Assembly (NCBI GenBank): GCA_963666285.1 | Contig: OY762711.1 | From: Sedimentisphaerales bacterium | GTDB taxonomy: Bacteria; Planctomycetota; Phycisphaerae; Sedimentisphaerales; SM23-30 | Direction: 5' to 3' (one strand) | DNA length: 64,000 nt | Shown: in pieces, positions 10,474 to 20,343 of the stretch | Layout of the letters: each line of letters begins with the position of its first letter | Numbering within the stretch: position 1 is the first letter of the stretch | The notes under the pieces: generated by a model | Seen by the model: the letters and a program-made list of their open reading frames with translations, nothing else | Told to the model about the DNA's origin: nothing | Database searches by the model: none | Translations under genes and position numbers: made by a program

Positions 10474-11175
10474 TTAATTCAAGGCATTAACTGGGGTAGC
10501 CTTCGGCAGAGAGCCTTTTTCTGCCTCGCCTAGTTCAAATATCCTTACTTGTGAACTATTGTCTGCGATTTCCCAGAAATCTGTTGATAATTTATCTGTT
10601 AAAAGGCATTCAATTATTGCTGCTGCTATTTCAGCAACTACAATAACAATTGTCTGGCTTTTGCTTTTCTTTATTATGGAAAGAAGTGCGGTCTCTATTC
10701 TTTCTCGGCATGCGGCAAATAACTCTCCATCTGGCGGACAGATACTTTCCGGGTCGTTTCGCCATTGTTTATAGGCATTTGAGTATCTCTTCTCAATATC
10801 TCTATACCTTAAGCCTTGCCATAGACCACAGTTCAATTCTTTTAAGTCAGTGTTTTTTTTGCTTTTCAGATCGCAGAGCTCGGCCAGGTGTTCAGCAGTA
10901 GGGCCTGAAGACTCATTTCCGCTGCTGTAAATGGTTTGAGCATCGTATTGCTTTAATACAGCTGCAACTGAAACCAACGCATTTCTTCCCTGGTCGCTTA
11001 AAGGCAGGGGAAGCGTTCCCTGCAGTCTGCGTTCCGAGGCAGCGTCAGAAGAATCAGGTTTAGATATCTCGTTCTGATTATCAGTAGAATCAATATCTTC
11101 CTGACGCTCGCTTTCTGCATGGTCAGCTTCTGCCCATGCTGTGCTGCCGGATATTATCAGTATCAATTTCTTCAT
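10474..11175 (-). CDS. Histidine phosphatase superfamily protein (catalytic His apparently missing)
   Basis: RLQG..PLPLS..G, ELNCGLWQG, PPDGE motifs; RHG replaced by ISG. Confidence 0.75.
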   Translation of the reverse strand: MKKLILIISGSTAWAEADHAESERQEDIDSTDNQNEISKPDSSDAASERRLQGTLPLPLSDQGRNALVSVAAVLKQYDAQTIYSSGNESSGPTAEHLAELCDLKSKKNTDLKELNCGLWQGLRYRDIEKRYSNAYKQWRNDPESICPPDGELFAACRERIETALLSIIKKSKSQTIVIVVAEIAAAIIECLLTDKLSTDFWEIADNSSQVRIFELGEAEKGSLPKATPVNALN

Positions 11176-11323
11176 ACTATTAACAATAAATTAAACTACC
11201 CGAATTAGAGATACAATATGAGCTCTTTCTTATAAAACAAAAGGCTGTAAAGTTAATGATCTTGATTAAATGTATAACTTCACGGCCTGTTGTATTTGAT
11301 AGTTTATAAAGTTTGTATCTTCG

Positions 11324-11722
11324 CTATTTTTCGCCTTCTTCAGGAGAAAGCAAAGATTTAACCGCATCTATAAACCTTTCCATACGGAATGGTTTGTTAA
11401 GGTAAATATCAACGCCAAGAGTTTCAGCGTAAACTTTGTGCCTGGAACCCGGGTTAGCTGTGATCATAATAATCGGTGGTTTCCCGCTTTCCTTGCGTAA
11501 ACTGCGAATATTTTCCAGGATGATAAAACCACTTCTGCCTGGCAGCATCTGGTCAAGAACTAATAAGTCAGGTATTTTTTCCTGTACCATTCTTACTGCT
11601 TCGTTACCGTTACCAGTGCATCGAATGTTGACATTTAGTTCTTCTAAAGCGGCTTCCAGAGTTTCAATGATATCATCATCATCGTCTACGAGTAATACGT
11701 CTTTGCCTTCAAATTCGCTCAT
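11324..11722 (-). CDS. Single-domain response regulator receiver
   Basis: LLVDDD, LVLDQMLP, IMITA, KPF. Confidence 0.92.
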   Translation of the reverse strand: MSEFEGKDVLLVDDDDDIIETLEAALEELNVNIRCTGNGNEAVRMVQEKIPDLLVLDQMLPGRSGFIILENIRSLRKESGKPPIIMITANPGSRHKVYAETLGVDIYLNKPFRMERFIDAVKSLLSPEEGEK

Positions 11723-11965
11723 TATAATTCCTTATCTAGTCTTTTAATAAATGATTAAGGGTTAATATTAATAATATATGGCTAATTTGTCAATATTTGC
11801 CAGTTAAAGTTTTTGTGGATAAAAAAATCAAAAAAATTGTTTTTGAAATATAAATGTTCCGATAACATATTTAGTATAGTGTTATTTGAAAGCTATTATA
11901 AGATAGTGATCAAATTAAATAGTTGTAAGTACTTTATAGTTTAGTGTTTACGGAAAAGTTTCTGT

Positions 11966-12394
11966 ATGCCGGAAGAAAATGTAGACATATCAGATCAGGC
12001 CCAGGCTGAAAATGCTGACGCTGAGATCGAACAAGAGCCGGAACTGTCGGATGAATATTCGGCAATGAAGGATATGCTGGATGGTAATACCAGTGAAGCA
12101 GCCGGTGGTGAATCACAGACGGCTCCCGAGAAGAAAATTAAAAGTATTCTTTCCATGAGAGTGCCATTAATCGTAAAGGTTGCAGAGAAAAAGATGACAA
12201 TGGAGAACGTTCTTAAGTTGTCTTTGGGAAGCATAATTCAGTTTGACAAAGACGTTTATGAAAATATTGAGCTTATGGTAAACAACCAGACTATCGGTCT
12301 GGGCCAACCAGTTAAGATAGGGGAAAATTTTGGGTTGAGATTGTTGCAGGTTGGTGATCTGGAGCATACCATAAAGAGTCTGGGTGGAAGATAG
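11966..12394 (+). CDS. FliN/FliM C-terminal (SpoA) family switch protein
   Basis: Acidic N-terminus; LSLGSIIQFDK...IELMVNNQTIGLGQPVKIGENFGLR matches the SpoA/FliN domain. Confidence 0.85.
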   Translation: MPEENVDISDQAQAENADAEIEQEPELSDEYSAMKDMLDGNTSEAAGGESQTAPEKKIKSILSMRVPLIVKVAEKKMTMENVLKLSLGSIIQFDKDVYENIELMVNNQTIGLGQPVKIGENFGLRLLQVGDLEHTIKSLGGR

Positions 12395-12451
12395 CGATTT
12401 TAATGCTGATTTTTGCTATTTATTTAATATTTTCTCAAATATATCCTAAAA

Positions 12452-13252
12452 TCAGTTAATTTTATCGCTAATACCATTCCATAAATCACTGAAGCCTGTC
12501 AATAGCTTAATTGCAGCTGCAGTTGCAAGAACCAGGGCGAGAATATTAAATAATCTTTGTGGGATCCTTTTGAAAAGCCATATGCCGGCATATGCACCGC
12601 AAACAACAGCTGGAAATACGCAAAGATTTATTTTCAGGGTGGAAACAGTAATCATATCTTCACTTGCCATTAGCGGCACTTTGATCCAGTTAACGATAAA
12701 GAAGAACCATGCAGCAGTTCCTATAAATTTTTGTTTGGGCATTTTCATACTGAGCAGGTACAAGGTCATTACCGGCCCGGCGGCATTGGCCATCATAGTG
12801 GTTGCACCGGCTAGCAGCCCCATTATGTTTGCATATGTTTTGCTATGTTCAATATTCTGTTTGGAATCATTTGATAATAGTGATTTTGCCCTGATAGCAA
12901 GCATGGCAAGTACAATTAATCCAATAATCGGTTTGAGCTGATAGCTTTCAATTTTAATCAAAACCAGGTATCCGGCAATAATTCCTAAAATAGCCCAGGG
13001 CAGCAGCTTTTTGAGATGGTCCCATTTGCCGTGGTGGCGGTGATGGAAGACCGCAAAAATGTCAGCCATAATTAAAATTGGTAGCAGCATTCCGACTGAC
13101 GGTTTGGCGTCAAAAGCCAAAGCCATAAGCGGAACAGCCAGAATTCCAATGCCTGGGAGGCCGGTTTTGGCGATACCGGTCATAAAAGCGCTAAGAATTA
13201 TAGCTGCCCATTGCAGATTTGAAAGTGAGTCAATAGTATAGGCAAGTATCAT
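12452..13252 (-). CDS. Sulfite exporter TauE/SafE family membrane protein
   Basis: Start 13252 overlaps the addB stop (ATGA); GIAKTGLPG, ANAAGPV, FIGTAAWFF motifs; about 8 TM helices. Confidence 0.88.
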   Translation of the reverse strand: MILAYTIDSLSNLQWAAIILSAFMTGIAKTGLPGIGILAVPLMALAFDAKPSVGMLLPILIMADIFAVFHHRHHGKWDHLKKLLPWAILGIIAGYLVLIKIESYQLKPIIGLIVLAMLAIRAKSLLSNDSKQNIEHSKTYANIMGLLAGATTMMANAAGPVMTLYLLSMKMPKQKFIGTAAWFFFIVNWIKVPLMASEDMITVSTLKINLCVFPAVVCGAYAGIWLFKRIPQRLFNILALVLATAAAIKLLTGFSDLWNGISDKIN

Positions 13253-16200
13253 CAATTCTCCAGTTTTTCTAATATTTCTTCTTTTGAATAGTCGCAAATT
13301 TCATTGTACTGGTTAAAACATCGGTCGAAACGGCAGACAGGGAAGAAATCACAATAGCTGCATGGAGTTTCGTTCTTTATCCTGTAAGGAGTTATGTCAA
13401 TTTTACCGTTTGTTAGTGCCAGGACAAGTTCCTTAATAATAAGTTTTGTGTGCTGAAGGACGGTTTGCAGCTCTTGTGGATTGACAGATGCGGTGCTGGA
13501 TTTACCGTAATAACTGCCATTTTTATATTTATAAACGCCACCCAGATGTTTGGCATGTCCGGTTTCCATACCCAGTTCCATATCATCAACCATATCACCG
13601 TTGGCAAGTCCGTGTGCTTTTGCCCCGCTTGGCGGTATAGTTGTGTCATTTGAAAGGCTATTATCCAGGATATAATCCGGTGGAGGGCCGTTTTTGCCGG
13701 AAGATGGCGGTTTGTTGATTATGGGCATATAGAACATGCCGGCAGGTGTCAGGTCCTGGCTGTTATATCCGTCGGTGACGGCGATCAGGTAGCAGGCGAG
13801 CTGCAGTTCCAGGCCATGGTAAAACTTATTCCAGTCGAAAGACCGTTCATTTGTTTTATAATCAAAGACAGCGACTGCCTTGTCAGGACCGTCCATAATG
13901 TCTATACGATCAATTATTCCCTGCAGAACCAATTTAAGATTGTCTGCAATATCAAGTTCAATGCCCTTTATTTTGCTATTTTTCATTCCAAACGTCACTT
14001 CTGCTTTAACTTGTCTGAAATTGCTTTTACGGGCAGCTGTGGCGAGTGTAACAGCAAGTTTTTTGAGATTGTGGTCTGCCTGGCTGAAAATGAATCTGTA
14101 GCGATGAGATTTTTCCAGCAGGTTGCTGATTTCACTATTAGATTGTACTTCGCCAGCTGCTTTTTCAACCAGCGAGTGTATTTCTTCATTTTCCACCATA
14201 TGCCAGTTTCTGCTGTCAGCCTTGAGATCGTTAAACATCTGGCATAGCATAGCATGGTAATATTTACCCAGATCGATAGCTTCCAGGCCGAATGGTTTGC
14301 GTTTTTCCAGTTTAAGCAAATACCTGGCAAAGAACCGGAACGGGCACTTGGCGTATTCTTCCAGTTTGGAAATACTAGATTCTATAATTTCTTTGCCGAT
14401 AAGCTTTTGAGCTGCTTCAGGTGATATAGTTGCTTTGTTTTCAGCGTTTACGCCTGATAGTACAATATCCATAAGTCCGAACTCATCAGCTTTTTTATAC
14501 AGGGCGGACCATACCGGGGGCAATTCACCGGTTATTTTGGCTTCTGATAATGCAGCTGCCAGTTCCCTGGCAAGCTGTTCGTGGTTGGTGATACGGTTTA
14601 TGTCGGGTTCGTTTCGACTGTCAGCGAGGGTTTTGACAGGGCAGGATCCAATAGCTTTTTGCAGATATTTAATAAAAGGAGACCGGTTTAGTACCTGGTC
14701 TTCGCCACCGTTTGAGGGGTAGCTAATCCAAAGATATTCGCTGGCCCTGGTAAAGGCGATATAAGCAAGGTATCGTTCGTGCAGCAGTTTAACATTGGCT
14801 GAAGGTGCGAGTTCGAACCCGTCGTCGGCAAGCAGGTCACGCTGGTTATCGGTGATAATTGCCGTTGAAGCGGTATATTTAGGGAATTTACCGTCATTCA
14901 TGCCTAAAATGAAGGCAGCTTTGATCTGCGGCTGGCGTGAACGCTCGATAGTACCTACAAGTACCTGGTCGATTGAAGGTGGGACCAGTCTAAGCGACAT
15001 TTGCGAAATTGCAGAGAAAAGCAGGTCGGTATAGTCGTGCAGAGATATTTTCATTCCTTCCAATGCGGCAACCAGTTCGTCGAGCATATCGAAAAAGTCG
15101 TTGTATATCTGGCTGTGAATCTGCTGAGTATCTAAATCACCATTTCTGGAGGCTTTTTGCTGCCATTGGTGCAGCGTTTTTCCAACTTCCAGGTCTTCTA
15201 TCAATTCAACGAGCAATTGAGTTATGGTTTCAGCAGTAAGGGTGTCGCCCTTGACATTAAGGATATTACGCATTTTAGCGATAGGTGCTATTGCCTTTCT
15301 ACGCAGTTTGTCGATATCGCTAACAGAGAAAATAATACCTTCAATTGTGGTACATTTTTTCGTAAATTCCCTGGTTTCAGTAGTCCAGTCGCTATCGATA
15401 AGCCATTGACTGCCAAACATGCCGGTGGTAATGCAATAGTTTTCGAGTGCGTCGGCTTCGCTGCGGGTAACCGGGCTCAGGTCGGTTTTCAAATAGTTGT
15501 AAATATAATCAATGCGGAAATTTTCGGTGAGCATTTCAAATACAGACCGAACAAGTTCTATCATTGGGTGATGTCGAACTTCACGTCGAATGTCCATAAA
15601 GTATGGTATTTTATGTTCTTCCAGAGCGGCGGCGAGCAGTTCGTGATACTGGTCGAGGTCGCGGAAGATTATAGCTATATCCCTGAAACGATAGTTATAT
15701 TCCCGGCATAGTTCCAGTATTTTTCTGGCTGCGGCCTCAACCTCATCTCTTAAGTTTGATGTTGAGATAATATCCATAGATATGTCGATGTCGGCCGGAT
15801 GACCTTTGGGAGTATGTTGGGAAAAAACGTTTTTTTCGATCATCTGGAGCGTCTCACTGGCGGCAAAACGCGGCATAGTCGGCTGTATCGGCAGCAAAAC
15901 CGGGGGCGTAGTTTCAATAGCATTATCCAGGCAGATGCCATTGAGTCGCTGATAAGTTTCGAGGGTAGGGTGGAACATGTGTTCAATGTCCAGTTCACTA
16001 TCCGGATCAGCAGCAAGTTTGAACTGAGGGTTGGTATGGTCCAGGTTCAGGCTTATATTGCATTGGTCGGCATGCTGCATGATAAGCCGCATTATTTTAT
16101 ACTGCTGAGGAGTGAACCCGGCGAATCCGTCGATCCAGAATTCGATGTCAGAAAAGAGATTATTCGATTTGTAAAAATTTTCAAGATGATCAAGATATTC

Positions 16201-16749
16201 GTCCGGATCGAGGTATTTGTCTGCGATATTACTTTTCCATGCTTTCTGGATAACAGCAAGATCATGCAGTTTATCAGCGAGCGGTTTTTGAGACAATCCG
16301 GCAGTTTCCCTGATCCTGTCGCTTTCGCTGAGCAGTTCAGAGGGTGTTTTGTTATACCTGCAAAGCTCTGATAGCATCTGGCTGACCTGGTCGCAGAACC
16401 CGGAGTGGATATTGCCGCGGAATATTGACAGGTCGTCTTTGACTTCTCTTAAAACTCTCTGCATAAGCAGGAATCGTCCGGTCTGGGAAAGTGGTTTCAG
16501 GCATCCAACGGGCATATTTCTGGCAGCTTTGCGTGCGAGTCGTAGGAAACTGGTAATTTCCAGGTTGTGGTAACCTTTTATCCGACCGTCACTTAGTACT
16601 GCCTGTTCGACCTGGAAGGTGGATTGTTCGGGAGTAAGAAAAATAATTCTGGCGGAAGTGCTGTTTTGTGCCAGTTTAGCACAGATATTATCGACACAGA
16701 AATGAGTTTTGCCGCAGCCGGAGCGTCCAATTATAAATCTTACAGCCAT
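13252..16749 (-). CDS. addB: ATP-dependent helicase/nuclease subunit B
   Basis: Walker A GRSGCGKT, PEQ.TF, C-terminal PD-(D/E)XK (GIIDRID...DYK) and Fe-S cysteines (CPF; PCSYC..VCRFD). Confidence 0.93.
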   Translation of the reverse strand: MAVRFIIGRSGCGKTHFCVDNICAKLAQNSTSARIIFLTPEQSTFQVEQAVLSDGRIKGYHNLEITSFLRLARKAARNMPVGCLKPLSQTGRFLLMQRVLREVKDDLSIFRGNIHSGFCDQVSQMLSELCRYNKTPSELLSESDRIRETAGLSQKPLADKLHDLAVIQKAWKSNIADKYLDPDEYLDHLENFYKSNNLFSDIEFWIDGFAGFTPQQYKIMRLIMQHADQCNISLNLDHTNPQFKLAADPDSELDIEHMFHPTLETYQRLNGICLDNAIETTPPVLLPIQPTMPRFAASETLQMIEKNVFSQHTPKGHPADIDISMDIISTSNLRDEVEAAARKILELCREYNYRFRDIAIIFRDLDQYHELLAAALEEHKIPYFMDIRREVRHHPMIELVRSVFEMLTENFRIDYIYNYLKTDLSPVTRSEADALENYCITTGMFGSQWLIDSDWTTETREFTKKCTTIEGIIFSVSDIDKLRRKAIAPIAKMRNILNVKGDTLTAETITQLLVELIEDLEVGKTLHQWQQKASRNGDLDTQQIHSQIYNDFFDMLDELVAALEGMKISLHDYTDLLFSAISQMSLRLVPPSIDQVLVGTIERSRQPQIKAAFILGMNDGKFPKYTASTAIITDNQRDLLADDGFELAPSANVKLLHERYLAYIAFTRASEYLWISYPSNGGEDQVLNRSPFIKYLQKAIGSCPVKTLADSRNEPDINRITNHEQLARELAAALSEAKITGELPPVWSALYKKADEFGLMDIVLSGVNAENKATISPEAAQKLIGKEIIESSISKLEEYAKCPFRFFARYLLKLEKRKPFGLEAIDLGKYYHAMLCQMFNDLKADSRNWHMVENEEIHSLVEKAAGEVQSNSEISNLLEKSHRYRFIFSQADHNLKKLAVTLATAARKSNFRQVKAEVTFGMKNSKIKGIELDIADNLKLVLQGIIDRIDIMDGPDKAVAVFDYKTNERSFDWNKFYHGLELQLACYLIAVTDGYNSQDLTPAGMFYMPIINKPPSSGKNGPPPDYILDNSLSNDTTIPPSGAKAHGLANGDMVDDMELGMETGHAKHLGGVYKYKNGSYYGKSSTASVNPQELQTVLQHTKLIIKELVLALTNGKIDITPYRIKNETPCSYCDFFPVCRFDRCFNQYNEICDYSKEEILEKLEN

Positions 16750-16837
16750 TTATTACCTTTTGCTTATCCAATAAACTAAAAGCCATATTCTACTTAAAAT
16801 AAAAGGATTGTTAAGTAAATTGTGTGTTGGCGGAGCT

Positions 16838-17650
16838 TTATGTAGTACAGATATCTCTTTGGCTGAAGGTTCTGAACGCGATGATGTAGAGTATCGTACC
16901 CAGAGTCAATAGAACCAGGCAATCCCGCCAGGGAGTGCCGGAACCGTCCATAATCAGTAACGGCTGGTAATAATGCCATAAGGTAAAGGAAGAAAGGCAT
17001 TCAGCCGGTTCCCAGAATTCAGAGATATAATCGATAAGGTCGTTAAAAGCCTGGAAGCCAAATGCTATCCCGGCAGCTTTAATTCTACTGGAGCAGAAAG
17101 AAGTAACGATAGTGACGATTCCTGATATAACGTAATATAAGCAAGCCAGATTTATAGCGGTAATAACCAGTTTGTTAAAGGGGATACGGAAATCTTCAGG
17201 TGCGAACCTGGCGGTAATAAAGTTACTGGTAAAACCTAAAATAATGATGAGTGTGCCGCAAAGCAGGCAAATAATTTTATCGGTGAGAAACAGTTTATTT
17301 CGGGAGACAGGCCAGCTAAGCAAAATATCGACAGTACCGCTTCCGGTTTCTCCTGCGGGAAGCCTGGTAAATAAGACCAGAATATGGCCATAAATCAGTA
17401 TCATTACTAAAGGGTGTATACACATCAGAGCTTTAGGCAGTTCAGGGCCGAATTTTTCAGTTTGTTTGGTTCCCAATAATGCTCTGAAAACATTTTTCAT
17501 GAAATCCGATTTGAATAGAGTTTGAAATTCGGCGAATACCTGCGGGTAAATTTTGACCAGCAGAACTTCGATGCCGGCGACAGCGAGTACGATAATTAAG
17601 GTTACCAGCCATACTTCGCGCCAAGTTTTTTGGATCAGTCCGTAGTTCAT
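16838..17650 (-). CDS. ABC-2 type transporter permease
   Basis: About 6 TM helices; AGE...GT.DILLS.PVSR motif; overlaps the ATPase stop. Confidence 0.88.
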   Translation of the reverse strand: MNYGLIQKTWREVWLVTLIIVLAVAGIEVLLVKIYPQVFAEFQTLFKSDFMKNVFRALLGTKQTEKFGPELPKALMCIHPLVMILIYGHILVLFTRLPAGETGSGTVDILLSWPVSRNKLFLTDKIICLLCGTLIIILGFTSNFITARFAPEDFRIPFNKLVITAINLACLYYVISGIVTIVTSFCSSRIKAAGIAFGFQAFNDLIDYISEFWEPAECLSSFTLWHYYQPLLIMDGSGTPWRDCLVLLTLGTILYIIAFRTFSQRDICTT

Positions 17651-18543
17651 GCTTCCAGTTCCCCTTTATTGTAATATTTCATAAATACGGTGTTGAGATC
17701 AGGGGGGCTGATAACCAGATCGTCGATTGGTTTGTCGGAACACCATTGGGTAAGGTGGTTTATCGACCCGTTAAGGAAGCATTCCCAACGATTTTGGATA
17801 AACCGTACGGAGTCCAGGAATGGAGGGATGCTGATATTATTTGAGTTTGCAGTAGGCGACCATAGGATAGAAACGTGTTTTTTGGCCTGTTTACGCAGTT
17901 CGTCCAGGGTTTTGTTCTCGACGAGCTGACCTTTTCGAAGAATTGCAACTCTATCGCAAAGTCTTTCGACCTCGCTGAGAGTGTGGCTGGAGAAGAATAT
18001 GGTATGACCATTGGACGCCTTTTTGCGGATGATCTCGAAAAGTATCTCCTGTATAAGCGGGTCTAGTCCGGAAGTAGGTTCGTCGAATATGAGCAGTTTT
18101 GGGTTGTGGGCAAGAGCCAGTACGAGCCCAAGCTTTTGCCTGGTGCCGCGTGACATTTTCCTGGCGGGCAGGTCCGGTTCCAGTTTAAGCTGTTCGGCCA
18201 GATCAAGGCCGAGGCTAGTAATATCTTTGCCGCGAACTTTTCCGGTAATTTTGAGCCCGTTTCGACATGTCATCCAACCGTAAATCCTAAGATCGCCCGG
18301 CATATATCCAATTTCGTGCCTGATGGCAGGTCCGGAAATTTTGCAGTCTTTGCCGAAGATTTGTGCCGAGCCTCCGTCTGCTTTTAGCAGTCCCATCAGA
18401 ACGCGGATTGTACTGGTTTTACCGGCACCGTTTGGTCCAAGAAAACCGAACAGTTCACCTTCAGCGACTTCGAGTGACAGGTTGTCGACGCCAATTCTTG
18501 TGCCGTAGCGTTTGGTCAGGCTGTCTATCTGGATAACATTCAT
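17647..18543 (-). CDS. ABC transporter ATP-binding protein
   Basis: GPNGAGKT, MSRGTRQK, IFDEPTSGLDP, SSH. Confidence 0.95.
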   Translation of the reverse strand: MNVIQIDSLTKRYGTRIGVDNLSLEVAEGELFGFLGPNGAGKTSTIRVLMGLLKADGGSAQIFGKDCKISGPAIRHEIGYMPGDLRIYGWMTCRNGLKITGKVRGKDITSLGLDLAEQLKLEPDLPARKMSRGTRQKLGLVLALAHNPKLLIFDEPTSGLDPLIQEILFEIIRKKASNGHTIFFSSHTLSEVERLCDRVAILRKGQLVENKTLDELRKQAKKHVSILWSPTANSNNISIPPFLDSVRFIQNRWECFLNGSINHLTQWCSDKPIDDLVISPPDLNTVFMKYYNKGELEA

Positions 18544-19026
18544 AGGTTATGGTAATTAAGTGTACGGTATTTAACGTTGTTAATCTAAGTGCTTATAAAT
18601 TAAGGGCTTTTCTTGTGTGGCAAAGCTGTAATAATGTTTAATTTTAATGAGTAAAGTATGGTTGGCAAGCTAATTATTTGTTATTGTGCTAATTCTGTGC
18701 GTTTAGGGTATGATACTGCAGAATGCCGGGGTTGGTTACAGTCATAGTTTTTTTATTTCAAATATTTAGTTTTTATTGAGCGTTGTTTATATTTAAGACG
18801 AAGTTTTCGTCGTTGTTATGTTTTATCGAGAGCTGATTTTTGCTGGTACTCATTTTTTGTCGGCTCTCTACTGTTGGACGGTATGTCGAAAGTGCGTTGA
18901 TTTTTTTGATGGGATGGTTGGCCCGGAAGATTGTAAGGTGTTGGGGGTAAAGTGGATAAAAATTTTGAAGATTATAGATTTTCGCGATTTGGTGGTTGTA
19001 AAAACGCGGTGATTTTTTCGAGAAAA

Positions 19027-19980
19027 TCAGGGGCCAGGGATCAGGTTACATGTGCCAGGGAAGGTTGCTCGCTACCGCTCGCGGCTAATTGATGGGTAAC
19101 GGGAGGTGTGCGGCATGAATACGGCGGCAGAGGGCGGTGGGACGGCGGTGAAAAGGCAAATGGATTTGAACGAAGGGGAATTGCGGGCTGCGGGTAGTAT
19201 ACGGCGGAACGTTGAATGGGTGCGGCGGTATACGGATGGGAACGGAGCGGAGACGCGACGAGCTACGCTAAATGAAAAATGAATAATTAAAAGTGAAAAA
19301 TTAAGGTGTTCGCCTGGCGGCTCACGGCTTGTTTAAAATTAGAGCAGGTGAGCAGTGGAACAGAAGAACAGGAGGAAGATAAATACGTGCTACGCGAACG
19401 ACCAAAGGTCGTTAGAGATAGAGCAGATGAGCAGAAGAACAGGAGAAAGATAAATACGTGCTTCGCACTCTGGCACATCATTGGACAAGTCCAATGATGT
19501 GGAGGTGTCGCTTACGCGACCTATTTTAAACGGGTTCTGCGAGGCTAATTGATTTATAAGTGAGAGTAGTTGGGTGAAGGAGGGTTTTAAAAACGGAATG
19601 AAATTGAAGAGTGCGGGGATATAAGGAAGAGTGCATGGTGGGTTCAGAGAAGAGTTGCGGTGGGAAGGGGATTTTGCGGATATTATCGTAAGTTGTTTGT
19701 TTTGGATTGTGGGCGGACCAGACAGGTGCCGTGAAACGGCATCTGAAGTTTGAAGTCTGAATTCTGAAAAGATGGTGTTCGCCTGGCGGCGAGCGATGCT
19801 AAGTGAAAAATGAATATTGAAAAATGAAGAATTGAGGTGTCCTGATGTACGTTGACATCAGGAATAATTCGCTGTTGCTTACAATTTATTTTAAAGCCAA
19901 AGCGTAAGAAAGTTTAAATCAAAATTATGGCACCTGAAGGATGAGAAGAGTTAGAAGAAAGAAGCGAGAAGAGAGAGTTT
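19027..19980. repeat. Mosaic non-coding tract of 7/8-mer microrepeats, short direct repeats and GC hairpins
   Basis: Exact 17-mer ggtgttcgcctggcggc at 19305 and 19774; ~53-nt repeat 19259-19311 vs 19790-19842; repeat 19341-19395 vs 19420-19466; five or more hairpins. Confidence 0.8.
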
Positions 19981-20132
19981 AAAACCGGTTTTGTTCAGGA
20001 TATGGGTAATGGTTGAGTTTTATAGGGGGAAGTTTAAGTATGATGTGGCTAGAAATGGTTTCGGGAACGTTAAATAATCAAATTGTTTCCAAATTGGTAT
20101 AAATTGATAAAAAATCCGATTCTGGTTCGATA

Positions 20133-20205
20133 AATATACCTCTAAAAAATCATTTTTAGCGAAAGATGGATCTTTTGCAACATAAGCAATTTCTAGAAGT
20201 ACCCA
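20133..20205 (+). mobile_element. Internally deleted copy of the ~163-bp MITE-like repeat
   Basis: cctctaaaaaatcatttttagcgaaagatggatcttttgc joined directly to aacataagcaatttctagaagtaccc. Confidence 0.8.
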
Positions 20206-20343
20206 TAATATTGGGCTGAAAATAGCAAAAAACACTCATTTTTGGCAGAAAATAAATATTTTATATTTTTTTAGGCAGATTTTATAAATTCAGCTGATTG
20301 TATATAATGAAGCGAATGGTTTTTTTCAGGAATTCTTAAAATA

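Noticed and set aside
19027..19980. CRISPR array or rRNA/tRNA in the repeat-rich intergenic tract
   Set aside because: Repeats are of several types, irregularly spaced and mostly in two copies; no cas genes, cloverleaf or rRNA signature.
20020..20235. 71-aa minus-strand ORF, and similarly 18818-19012, 19287-19497, 24702-25013 and 25114-25329
   Set aside because: They run through MITE, repeat or terminator sequence, with no SD or protein-like motifs.
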